NCBI RefSeq assembly: GCF_009834535.1
Contig: NC_045697.1
Location: 91,514,001-91,578,000, forward strand
Origin: Camelus ferus
Taxonomy: Eukaryota
Direction of reading: 5' to 3'
DNA length: 64,000 nt
Shown here one piece after another: positions 1 through 12,384 of the stretch (its first letter is position 1; each line of letters opens with the position of its first letter). Both the position numbers and the translations under genes were made by a program. The notes beneath the pieces are model-generated. The model saw only the letters and a list, made by a program, of their open reading frames with translations. It ran no database searches and was not told where the DNA came from.

Positions 1-635
1 CTAATCTCCATTTATAAAATGAAACTGAAGCACAACTGCTAAGTAGAAAAATGGGATTCAAATCCATACAAGATACAAGATACCCAGGGATAGAAAATTT
101 TAAATTAGAATTAAATTCCTTTACTTATAACCAAAAAATTACAGTGCTAAAAACAGGATATATACAACATAGCTTACAAATATTTCAATTACTGTGAGGA
201 AGAAAAAAAGAGAAAAAGTCTAATTCTAAAAGAAGTATAACTTTAGAAAATTATAATTCTAAAATCTTTGAAAATTGAAGAAAACACACTATCAGAAGAA
301 AACACAAAAAATAAAAAATGTAAATTTAGGCAAGTGGATAATTAATTATTTTCTTTAAAAATTTTCTTTGGCATTAAAATACTCTATAACACAAAAAATT
401 ATGCCAAAAGCTAGCTTTGCAACTCAATTAAAATATATATATGGCAACTACATTTATAACACTGAGAGTACATAGTGCAAAAGTTTTGTTATCTGTCAAC
501 TATTTTGCAAATTACAGAAAATTATTCCATTAACAACTTTGATATTCTGTTATTATCATTAATAAATAATGATTAACACAGATTTTAAGAAACTGTTTAT
601 TCAAGATATAATTCAATATATATATAATCACTCAC

Positions 636-771
636 TTGATTGGCCAGTTGCAGTTGTTCTTGAAGATTCCTGACTGTTTCATCATCTGTATATATCTCAT
701 TCCCCATCTCTGTGCCAAAGGGAAGGGCATCCACTTGCTTTTCAACGGCATCTTTTAATTCACTGTGCAAC
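636..771 (-). CDS. SCLT1: SCLT1 coding exon 6 (136 nt): (R)LHSELKDAVEKQVDALPFGTEMGNEIYTDDETVRNLQEQLQLANQ
   Basis: Peptide matches recalled human SCLT1 (LHSELKDAVEKKLEAFPLGTEVGTDIYADDETVRNLQEQLQLANQ); acceptor ...ccaaAG at 773-772, donor GTgag at 635; phase fits exon 5. Confidence 0.95.
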
Positions 772-1144
772 CTTTGGAACAAACAGTTAACACAAAAATA
801 ATCTAATTTTAGTAACAGGAATTACTGTTTCAAGGTTAAATAAATAAACAGTGGGGTCTAATCATTCTTTACACAAAAATCATCGTTAAGTCAACCTCAA
901 AATTTACAGTGTTTAATCACCATTAAATAATGTGCTGTAAGAAAAAATATTATATCACAATTTTGAATGATTTAAATTGGTCATAATTAATTCAAGCATA
1001 CATAATTCAGTTTGTCCTAGGAAGATTTTAATTTTTCAACGAAGTAAAATTCAGAAATTATACCTTTTTAGTGGATGAAATAACTCATTCAGAAAAAATT
1101 TAAATATGATAGTAATTTCATCTAGTTACTTAAATGGAAATGGG

Positions 1145-2063
1145 ATTTTTCTTTTTTTTTACTGAGGTATAAACAATTTACAATGTTGTCAATTTCTGGT
1201 GTATGGTACAATTCTTCAACCATACATGAATATACATATATTAATTTTCATATTCTTTTCCACCATAAGCTACTACAAGATATTGAATATATTTCCCTGT
1301 GCTATACAGTATAATCTTGTTTATCTATTTTATATATAACAGTCAGTATCTGCAAATCTCGAACTCCCAGTTTATCCCTTCCAACCCCTCTCTGCCCTGC
1401 AACCACAAGTCTGTATTCTATGTCTGAAAGTCTGTTTCTGTTTTATATATTAAGTTCATCTGTCTTTTTTTTTTTTTTTTTTAGATACCACATATGAGTG
1501 ATATCATATGGTATTTTTCTTTCTCTTTCTGGCTTATTTCACTTAGAATGACATTCTTCCATGTTGCTGCAAATAGCATTATTTTATCATTTTTTATGGC
1601 TGAGTAGTATTCCATTGTATAAATATACCACATCTTCTTTATCCAGTCATCTGTCAATGGATATATAGATTGTTTCCATGTCTTGGCTATTGTCAATAGT
1701 GCTATGAACACTGGGGTGCAGATGTCTTTCTAAAGTAGGGTTCCCTGTGGATATATGCATAGAAGTGGGATTGCTGGGTCATATGGTAAGTCTATTATTA
1801 GTTTTTTGAGGAATTTCCATACTGTTTTCCACAATGGCTGCACCAAACTGTATTCCTACCAACAGTGTAGAAGGATTCCATTTTCTCCACAGCCTCTCCA
1901 GCATTTATCATTTGTGGAGTTTTGAATGATGACCATTCTGACTGGTGTGAGGTGATACCTCATTGTAGTTTTGATTTGCATTTCTCTGATAATTACTGAT
2001 ATTGAGCATTTTTTCATGTGCCTATTGATCATTTGTATGCCTTCCTTGGAGAATTGCTTGTTT
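1145..2063 (-). mobile_element. 5'-truncated L1 (ORF2 C-terminus + 3'UTR + poly-A)
   Basis: ORF 1481-1711 [14 protein letters not shown]...[10 protein letters not shown] is L1 ORF2p C-terminus; T-tract at 1145-1160. Confidence 0.92.
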
Positions 2064-2135
2064 AGCTTTATTAAGCAGGAAATGGAATTTTAAACCTTGT
2101 AGTATTGTTTGTTATTTTCTTCACTGTGCTTCACA

Positions 2136-2220
2136 AAACGCATCTGACATCTAACTAGTTCAAGTTAGATGCTGACTAAACGCATCTGACATCTAACTAG
2201 TTCAGCTAGAGCTGACTAAA
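2136..2220. repeat. Imperfect tandem duplication (42 + 40 nt) containing hairpins
   Basis: aaacgcatctgacatctaactagttca...gctgact occurs twice back to back. Confidence 0.9.
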
Positions 2221-3722
2221 ATTATTCATGGTTATGAAGTCAAGACTAGAGGCTTTCTTTTCCAGCACATTCTTAATAAGCTTGATCATAACTATGAAAC
2301 CTTAAATTCAACTTTAATCTTACATTAAATTATATTTCATGCTTTAAAATTTTTAAAAAAGCATAAAAAGGTTCAACTTAAAAGACTAATTAGATTTTTA
2401 TATCAAAATTATATGAACCTAGAAGGAAAAACATTTCATAACATTAGAAAAATTTGAAAACAATTTATATTATAAGCAGAAAATATTATTATAAACACAT
2501 CTCAAGATAAAAATTTTCCAGAGTTACATCCATCTCTCTAAAATAATTTAAACAGAATTATCTACCAAAGGAAAAAATCTTCTTTGAAACTAGAAAAATC
2601 CAATCTTAATTTTAAAAATATATTTATTGAAAACAAAGTTCATCAAATACAATGAAGCTCATAAGACAAATACCTCATCAAAAACAAGAAACTTCATTAC
2701 TCCCTAAAAAAAGGACAACTGCTAATTATTCTGTAACGAAAATTTTTTTAAGTACTTAGAAGTATCAGTAACATAAGGTTCTTACTTTTAAATATCTTAT
2801 AGTATTAGAAGTACTTACTCTCTGATATAAAATGACATTTGCATAAGATAAAAATTATCAATACATAAATATAACAAGAGTTTAACAAAAAAGACATACC
2901 AAATCTCAGAGAAAAACCATTAATAATGCTGTAATGTATTTTCTAGCAGAGTTTTTACTCTCCATTAAAAGTGGACACATTGCTATTATAATCTGCTTTT
3001 TAAAGTGTATTACTGAAACAAAAGCATTCTCCCATATTATAAAGTTTTCTGTAGATATTTTAAGGATGGCATAATATTCCTTCTTTCCCACCATACAAAT
3101 ATTTCCATCTTAATCAATTTAGCTGTCCGCTAATACTTTTTAACTAACAATGAAATGAAACTATATAATAGTAAAATTATATTTATTTAGTACACCTATT
3201 TAAAATTACAAAGTTAAGAATTAAGATATTTCCTTTCTTTGTAACAAAAAAAACTTATCATTTATAACAAACAGTAAAGTTTTAATCAAAAGTAAGACAG
3301 TTTTTAGTATTTTGGAAAAATGTTTTGAAGGTCCCAAACAATAATTTTAAGCCATTGACTATAAACATCACTCCCAAGATTTTGGCTTGCAAGGTCACTT
3401 TTTAAAAACTGAAGTATAATTACCCAGGACATGTTTCACAGAACTAGAACAAATCATGATCAAATTTATATGGAACCACAAAAGACCCAGAATTGTCAAA
3501 GCATTACTGAAAAAAAGAAAGAGGCTGGAGGAATAACTCTCCCAGACTTCAGACAATACTATAGAGCTACGGTAATCAAGACAGCATGGTATTGATACAA
3601 AAACAGACATATGGACCAACGGAACAGAATAGAGAGCCCAGAAATGAACCCACTAACTTTTGGTCAACTAATCTTTGAAAAAGGAGGCAAGAATATACAA
3701 TGGAATAAAGACAGTCTCTTCA

Positions 3723-6240
3723 GGGAGAGAAGCAAGATGGAGGAGTAGGATGCTTGTAGCTCACCTCTCCCACAAATTTACCAAAACTCACATCTACGGA
3801 CCCACTCAGCCAACCAGAGCACCTGCCAAACTCCTATAGAACACTGCCCTCTTCGAAAGACAAAGACGCCAAAAATCTGGTAGGACAAAAGGAAAAAAGA
3901 AAGAAGAAAAAGCAAAACAGTGCGGGACCGGTCCTGCAGGGAGGGAGCGGCAAAGGAGGACTAGTGCTCATTCACTGGGTCTCCCTCCTCCAACGGAGAG
4001 GTCAGCGGGACGGAGGGGTAGCCTCCGAGGTTCAGATCTGCCCAGAGCACCCCTTGTCCGACAGAACTAAGTTAAACAGGCACAGAGGGTCCCTGTGACA
4101 CCCAGCCCGAGATGTGAGCTGGCAGCTGGGGGCCAGGACAGGCTGCCCGAGCTGGTGGAGGACTGGGGCGGCTGCACTGAGGAAGCCCTGGGGGACCGCA
4201 GGGTGCTGTGCGCCATGGCTGGGAGGGGATACGGAGCAGAACAACCTCGGTCCCCCATAAATTGAGAAAAAAGCAAAGCAACACATCTGGTGTGCCCTGG
4301 GGGGAGAGGCGCTGTAGCCTTTGTCTCCTCAGACCACGGTGCCATTACTGGTGCTTCTCGCGAGAAGAGAGGCAGGGCGCAGACACAGCTGCCATATCCT
4401 CCTGTGCGCAGCACCTGGTCGGGGTCGGAGCCGGGGCCAAGCCCTGACTCTGCACCCGGGGGCTCCACAACCTCCTAGGCAGGACTGAGACTTGTTTACA
4501 GCCCAAAGTAGGTAAGATCTTTCTGCCCTGGCACCTCAGAGAACTCACACTGCCAAGACAAACAAGGAGCTGAGATTTGTCACGGAGCAGGGGCAGGGCT
4601 GTTCTGAGTCTTTCCTAGCCCGCCTACGGAGCGCCGACCCGAGGTGGAGCGGGCAACTGCACAGAGAAGCAGAGCAACTGGCGCAGGCAGAGGGCGAGCA
4701 GCGACCCGCCATCCTGGCAGGAACGCAGCACCTGACCACGGTGCTGGGAGGGGGCGTGATCTGCCCACCTGCCTCACCTGAACACAGCATCTGATTGCGA
4801 CATCGGTAGGGGGAATGACCCACCTGCCCACCATTGCCACAGAGATATGAGCAATATGAAGAAGCAGAGGAACTACTCCCAATTAAGAGATCAAGAGAAA
4901 TCCCTTGAAAGCATGATCAAGGAAATAGACATTGATGACCTACTAGATCAAGATTTCAAAAAAGGAGTAATCAAAGTACTGAAAGAAATAAAAGAAATAG
5001 TGTTTAGAGATATAAAATGTCAAAAATGAAATAGAATTTATAAAGAAGAACCAAGTAGAATTAGTAAACTCATTTGCTGAGATGAGAGCTGAACTAAAGG
5101 CTGTACAAAGCAGGCTAGATAATGCAGAGGAACGAATAAGTGACCTAGAAGACAGGACAACAGAAAGCACCCAATCAAAACAGCTAAGAGGAAAACAAAT
5201 AAAAAAAAATGAAAACAATATAAGGGATCTATGGGATAATATAAAGCGTGCCAATCTATGCATAATAGGGGTTCCAGAAGGGGAAGAAAGAACAAAGGGG
5301 ATTGAAAAGGTCTTTGAAGAAATCATGACTGAAGACTTCCCAAACCTAAAGAAGGAATCAGATATCCAAGTATAGGAGGCTCATAGGGTCCCAAACAGGA
5401 AGAACCCAAACAGAAACACACCAAGACATATCATAATCAAGATGGTCAGCGTCAAGGATAAAGAAATGATCCTAAAGGCAGCAAGAGAAAAACAAAGAGT
5501 GAGTTACAAGGGAACCCCCATAAGGCTCTCAGCTGATTTCTCTACACAAACACTACAGGCCAGAAGGGGGTGGCAAGATACATTCAAAGTCCTGAGTGAA
5601 AAAAAGGTGCAGCCTAGGATACTCTATCCAGCAAGGCTATCCTTTAGAATAGAAGGAGAGATAAAGAACTTCACAGACAAGCAAAAACTAAGAGTTTAGC
5701 AACACGAAACCCATGCTAAAAGAAATACTGATAGGTCTACTCTAAATAGAAAAGAAGCAGGATGTTACAAAATGAGAAACTTCTAACTGGAAAAGTGATA
5801 ACTACCATGAATTACAAATAGAATAAACACAAAATTGTAAAAGAAGACATCTAAATCATTAAGAGTGGGAGAGGGAAGCAAGGAAAGCCATTGTGGAAAA
5901 CAGTATGGAGATTCCTCGAAAGACTAGGAATAGAATTACCATATGGCCCAGGGATCCCCCTCTTGGGCATATATCCAGAAGGAACCCTACTTCAAAAAGA
6001 CACTTGCACCCCAATGTTCATAGCAGCACTATTTACAATAGCCAAGACATGGAAACAGCCTAAATGTCCATCAACAGACAACTGGATAAAGAAGTGGTGG
6101 TATATTTACACAATGGAATATATTCAGCCACAAAACCCAACAACATAACGCCACTTGCAGCAACATGGATGTTCCCCGTCATTCTAAGTGAAGTAGGCCA
6201 GAAAGAGAAAGAAAAATACCATAGGAGATCACTCATATGT

Positions 6241-6280
<40 letters not shown>

Positions 6281-6581
6281 ATAAATACAAAACAGAAAAC
6301 AGACTCACAGACATAGAATACAAACTTGTGGTTGCCCAGGGGTAGCGGGGTGGGAAGGGACAGACTGGGATTTTAAAATTTAGAACAGATAAACAAGATT
6401 ATATTGTATATAGCACAGGGAAATATATACAAGATCTTGTGGTAGCTCACAGTGAAAAACAAAATGTGACAATGAATATATGTATGTTCATGTATAACTG
6501 AAAATTGTGCTCCACACTGGAATTTGACACAACATTGTAAAATGACTATTACTCAATAAAAAAAAAATGTTAAAAAAAAAA
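3723..6581 (+). mobile_element. Nested L1 derivative: CpG-rich 5'UTR, ORF1, spacer, then jump to the last ~350 nt of ORF2, 3'UTR, poly-A (HAL1-like)
   Basis: Begins GGGAGAGAAGCAAGATGG; perfect 16-bp TSD AAAGACAGTCTCTTCA at 3707-3722 and 6582-6597; junction at ~5887. Confidence 0.92.
4847..5745 (+). pseudogene. Disabled L1 ORF1p (coiled coil, RRM, CTD)
   Basis: Motifs RLDNAEERISDLEDR, NLCIIGVPEGEE, AAREKQ, YKGTPIRLSADFS, LYPARLSF; frameshift ~5020, TAG at 5373-5375, frameshift ~5692. Confidence 0.9.
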
Positions 6582-7996
6582 AAAGACAGTCTCTTCAACA
6601 AATGGTGTTGGGAAAACTGGAGAGCAGTATGTAAATTAATGAAGCTAGAACACTCCCTTACACCATACACAAAAATAAACTCAAAATGGATCAAAGACTT
6701 AAACATAAGACAAGATTCAATAAACCTCCTAGAAGAAAATACAGGCAAAACATTATCTCATATACATCTCAAAAATGTTCTCCTAGGGCAGTCTACCCAA
6801 GCAATAGAAATAAAAGCAAGAATAAACAAATGGGACCTAATGAAACTTACAACCTTCTGCACAGCAAAGGAAACCATAAGCAAAACAAAGCAACAACCTA
6901 CGGAATGGGAGAAAATTTTTGCAAACAATGAAACCGACAAAGGCTTGATCTTCACAATACATAAGCAGCTCATACGACTTAATAAGAAAAAAACAAACAA
7001 CCCAATCCAAAAATGGGCAGAAGACCTCAACAAGCAATTCTCCAAGGAAGAAACACAAATGATCAATAGGCACATGAAAAAATGCTCAATATCACTAATT
7101 ACCAGAGAAATGCAAATCAAAACTACGATGAGGTATTACCTCACACCAGTCAGAATGGCCATCATTCAAAAGTCCACAAATTACAAATGCTGGAGAGGCT
7201 GTGGAAAAAGGGAACCCTCCTACTCTGCTGGTGGGAATGTACTTTGGTGCAGCCACTGTGAAGAACAGTATGGAGATTCCTCAAAAGACTAGGAATAGAA
7301 TTACCATATGACCCAGGGATCCTGCTCCTGGGCATATATCCAGAAGGAACCCTACTTCAAAAAGACACTTGCACCCCAATGTTCATAGCAGCACTATTTA
7401 CAATAGCCAAGACATGGAAACAGCCTAAATGTCCATCAACAGACAACTGGATAAAGAAGTGGTGGTATATTTACACAATGGAGTACTGTTTAGCCATAAA
7501 AAGACAACATAACGCCATTTGCAGCAACATGGATGTCGCTTGAGAATGTCATTCTAAGTGAAGTAAGCCAGAAAGAGAAAGAAAAAATAACACATGAGAT
7601 CGCTCATATGTGGAATCTAAAAAAAGAACACAAATACAGAACAGAAACAGACTCATACACACAGAATACAAACTTGAGGTTGCCAAGGGGTAGGAGGGTG
7701 GGAAGGGACAGACTGGGAGTTCAAAATTTGTAGATATTGACAGGCATATGCAGAATAGATAAGCAAGATTATATTGTATAGCACAGGGAAATATACACAA
7801 GATCTTGTGGTAGCTCACAGTGAAAAATAATGTGGCAATGAATATATGTATGTTCATGTATAACTAAAAAATTGTGCTCTACACTGGAATTTGACACAAC
7901 ATTGTAAAATGACTATAACTCAATTAAAAAATGTTAAAAAAAATTTTTTAAAAGTATTTTCCATAGCTGTAAAAAAAAAAAAGCTGAAGTATAATT

Positions 7997-10002
7997 GACT
8001 CACAATGTTCTATCAGTTTTAGGTGTACAACACAGTGATTCAATGTTTTTATACATTACAAAATGATCACCACAGTAAGTCTAGTTACCATTGTCACCAA
8101 TGTTATTACACTATTTTATTGTCTATATTTCCTATGTTGTACAGTACATCCCTATGACTTATTTTATGACTGTAAGTCTGCCTCTTAATATACTCCTGCA
8201 CTTCACTTATCCCTCAACCTCTACAAACCCCCTCTGAAAACCACTTGTTTGTTCACTGTTTCTATAGCTCTGTTTCCACTGTTATGTTTATATGCTTCAT
8301 TTTTAAGATTGCACATATAAGTGAAATCGTATGGTATTTATCTTTCTCTGACTTATTTCACTTTGCATAATACCCCCTAGGTCTGTCCATGGCTAGTTTT
8401 CATTCTTTTTTTAATAGCTGAGTAATATTTCATTGTGTGCGTGTGTAAACAGATATAGATAGATCTGTGTCTACATATATAACACATCTTTTTCCATTCA
8501 CCTATCAGTGGACACAGGCTGATTCCATATCTTGGCTATTGTAAATAATGCTACAATGAACACAGGAGTACATATACCTTTTGCAGTTAGTAGTTTCGTA
8601 TTCTTCAATGATGTGGTAGATTAATTCTTAATTTTTTAAGGAATCTTCATACTGTTTCCCATAGTGGATGTACCAATTTACACTTCTGACAACAATGTAC
8701 AAGTGCTCTCTTTCTCTTTTCTCCACACCCTAGCCAACAATTGTTATTTGTCACTTAGAGTAATAGCCATTCTGACAGGTGTGAGGTGTATCTCAAGTGG
8801 TTGTGATTTGCATTTCCCTGATAATTAGGGATGCTGATCATCTCTTTATGTGTCTGTTGGCCATCTATAAGCCCTCTTTGGAAAAATGTCTTCAGCTTCT
8901 CTGCCCTTTTTTAAAAACAGTTGTGTATTTGATGTTGAGCTGATTTCTTTGTATATTTTGGATATAATCCCTTATCAGATATATCATTTGCAAACATCTT
9001 TTCATTCAGTAGACTGCCTTTCCATTTTTGTTGATAGATTTGCTGTTCAAAAGCTTTTAAGTTTGATGGAGTCCCATTTGTTTATTTTTGCTTTTGTTTC
9101 CCTTGCCTAAAGAGACTGATACAAAAAAATATTGCTAAGACTAATGTCAAAGAGCTTACCACCTATGTTTTTTTCCAGTTTTGGGCTTTCAGGTACATTT
9201 AACTCTTTAATATTTTTGAATATGGTGTGAAAAAGTAGAAAATAATTCCATTTGATTCTTTTGCATACAGCTATCCAGTTTTCCCAGAACCATTTATTGA
9301 AAATGCTCTCTTTTCCATCATATGTTCTTTCCGCCACTGTTGCAGATTAACTGACCACATGAGTACGGTTTATTTCTGAGCCATCTATCCTGTTCCATTG
9401 ATCTGTGTATCTGTTTTTGTGCCAGTACCATACTGTTTTGGTGACTGTAGCTTTGTAGTATAGTTTAAAATCAGGGTGTATGATACCTCCAGCTGTTCTT
9501 CTTTCTCAAAATTGTTTTGACTATCTGGGGTCTTTTGTGTTTCCATACAAATTTTAAAATTATTTGTTCTAGTTCTGTGAAAAATGCCACTGGTATTTTG
9601 AAAGGGATTTCATTTGTTCTTGATATTAATTCAATCTATGATCATATATCTTTCCATTTGTTTGGATTGTCTTCAAGTTACAAGTTCAGAGGCCTTGCCT
9701 TCCCACTGCAGGACCACAAACTGGGAAGACTGATGTGGGGCTTGGACCACTTGCTTCTTAGGGAGAACTTCTGTGACCCATTTGTGGGTCACCTACCTCA
9801 GGATGTGGGTCTTGACTACACTGTATTTCTGCCCCCTCCTTCCTGTCTTGTTTCAGTTTCTTCATCTTTAGTTGTGGAAAATCTTTTCTGCTAGTCTTCA
9901 AGTCATTCTCATTGATAGTTGCTCTGTAAATAGTTGTCATTTTGGTGTGCTCATGGGAGGAGGTGAGTTCAGGGTCTCCCTATCCCATCATCTTGGACAT
10001 AC
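7997..10002 (-). mobile_element. Older L1 (3'UTR + ORF2 3' part 7997-~9675, fused to a ~320-nt L1 5'-end-like segment); its extreme 3' end lies at ~3403-3421
   Basis: Degenerate ORF2 (KESIFNKWFWENW, ORF 9107-9337); 5' end reads CCAAGATGATGG on minus; degenerate TSD cttgca[a/g]ggtca[c/t]tttt at 3386-3402 and 10003-10019. Confidence 0.85.
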
Positions 10003-10639
10003 CTTGCAGGGTCATTTTTATAGTCCTGCATTGTCATGTCAAACAAGAACTCCCTAAAGTAGTTTATTTTTATTTGTTTTGGTATCTGAAGTATTTAGGG
10101 AAGGGGTGTCTAATCTTACAGTTTGCAATTCTGTGCTGTCTCTTGTTCAGTATGTCCTGATTCTTCAAATGTATTAAAATGTTTAAAACCTAATAATGTG
10201 GAATTGCATACTATTATGTAATTATGCTATTGCTAACTTCCATTATTTAAACCTGACCATGTATACATATTTACTACATTTATTAAAAATGATACTCTTT
10301 TGACTTTGCAATCCTTAACTGCAATACATAATTAAAAGCAGGATGTCGCCCTAATGACAGAGTTCACTTTAAAATCTGACATTTCAAGTTACTAAAAGTG
10401 CCTTTTAATAAGCTCAGAATCCATTTTTTCTCACTTCCCTATTGCACTAAGAATAAGTACATTCATGAGAAATAACCACATTACTATTAAATAGCAGATT
10501 TTTACAAGACTGGATGCAAAAGACCTGGACATAAAAGGAAGAGTATGGAGTCAAATATAGGAAACAACTAAATCATTAGCTCAATCATCGGGCATTTATG
10601 CCCAATACAAAATACAAACTTAATCTACATACATTGGTG

Positions 10640-12360
10640 ATTCAAAAATCTTAGTAATATTCTTCACTACAAAGATGATAACTTGTTTAATGATTATCTT
10701 GCGAAAGAAGAGTATATCATAAAACGTTAGAGTCAGAAAAAGTTTCTCATGGCAAAAAACACAAATAAATGAGAAAAACTGAAAATACAATTAAGAGACT
10801 TGCATATAAGAATGCAAATAAGAAATGCCAAACTTTAAAAGAGCCTATGCTTTAAATGAAATTAAAACTAAAAAACATGTATTTCATTTTTTGGTTTAGT
10901 TATACAAGTCAACAACAAAAGATATATCAGGGTTCAGCCCAGTTGTATGAGCTTTGAAAGTTAAACTTGGGATAGAATAAAACTTTAAACATTTTTTAGA
11001 AGAAAATATAAGGGAAGATCTTTCTGACCCCAAGCTGAGGGAGGATTTGTTAGAGACACAAAGACCAACAACTGTAAGACAAAAGATTGTTATATTCAAC
11101 TACCTTAAAATTAAAAAAAAAAAATTCTGTTTACCAAATATTTCACAACCTGAGAATAGACATCTGAAACATAACTATTGTCTAGCACATTGAATGGGCC
11201 ATTGGCACTCATTCTTCATTCCCATCCCTTTCCATATCCCAGCCTCTATCATAGTGGCTAAAGTCTAAAACTATGTTTCCCACATGTCCTTGCAGATGAA
11301 ATTGTAGATGGGATTAAAGTTGCACCAGTAAGAAGTACTTGAGGGGGATATGGAAGGCAGAAGTGAGCTGAGAACATTTTTCTATTGGTACAACAGATGG
11401 TAGACAAGAGTGCCTCTTACAGTCAGTACCCCACACCCCGCTTTCCAGTGTCAAGTGTCCAGATTCATGGAAATGATGCTGTAGTGGTAGCTACAGAGAT
11501 GGTGGCAGCAGCATTAACTCCTGACCTCAGAATCTCATCTAAGGTATGACCCTAAAACCAACGATCTTACTACATAGTACTCAACTGTAATTGACTAAAT
11601 TCCTTCTTATTTGAAATTTGTACAATGATTACTGCTTACATTGATTGGTACACCAACAAATATTCAGATTACATAAAGTACTTTGACAATTTATTAAGGA
11701 AAAGATAAACAAATAGAAAATTGGAAAAAGAAATTAACAAGCACTTTGTCAGAAAGCCATATGGGTAAATAAATACATGAAAAATGGTTAATCATACAGG
11801 TATTCAGGAAAATGTAAATTAAAACCACGATGAAATACCACCTAGGACTCAAAATAACAAAAACTAAGAAATCTGATAAGAGCAAGTGCTGATAAAACAT
11901 CTGAATCAAAAAGAACTCATAAATATCACCGGTGGTATGTAAACTGGTACAGCCACTTTGAAAATTAAGTTGGCATTAATTGCAAAATTGAGTATTCACA
12001 GAACATATGACTCAGCAATTTCATCCCTTTAAACTCTTGTAATTGTGCATGGTATTGAGTGAAATAAAAGTCTCAGAAGACTAAACAACACCATTTTAGA
12101 TACTTTAAAAAAATGCAAAACTAAATAATATATCATTAGGAAAAAACGTACCTATAAAAATTTTTATAATTCCCTTGCTTTTAAAAAATAAAATTCAAAA
12201 TCGTATTAACCTATGGCAGAGGGAAGGAGAGGGATGAGATGGGGAAGGAAAACATGGATAGGTGCACCAGTATTGGTAACATTTTAGCTCTTAACTGGAT
12301 AGTGGGTTGACAGATTTTTGTTCTATCAGTATGTTTCCTAACATACATATATGTTATATA
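10640..12360 (+). mobile_element. Ancient L1M fragments, interrupted at ~11170-11650 by an old ERVL/MaLR-like LTR
   Basis: Degenerate ORF2/3' motifs (aaaaccacgatgaaataccacct, gtaaactggtacagccactttgaaaa); insert of different composition. Confidence 0.6.
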
Positions 12361-12384
12361 CTATACTATTAATGATTGCTAATA

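Larger units (their letters stand above)
3422..7983 (+). mobile_element. Young 5'-truncated L1 (ORF2 3' part at 3422-3722 and 6598-~7620, then 3'UTR), interrupted by a nested element
   Basis: ORF2p peptide [13 protein letters not shown]...; TSD CTGAAGTATAATT at 3409-3421 and 7984-7996. Confidence 0.93.

Noticed and set aside
4032..4882. Several overlapping 60-133 aa ORFs on both strands (possible ORF0 analogue)
   Set aside because: Expected by chance in the GC-rich L1 5'UTR; no evidence of conservation visible here
6567..7292. 241-aa ORF as a host gene
   Set aside because: L1 ORF2p fragment; N-terminal lysines come from the nested poly-A
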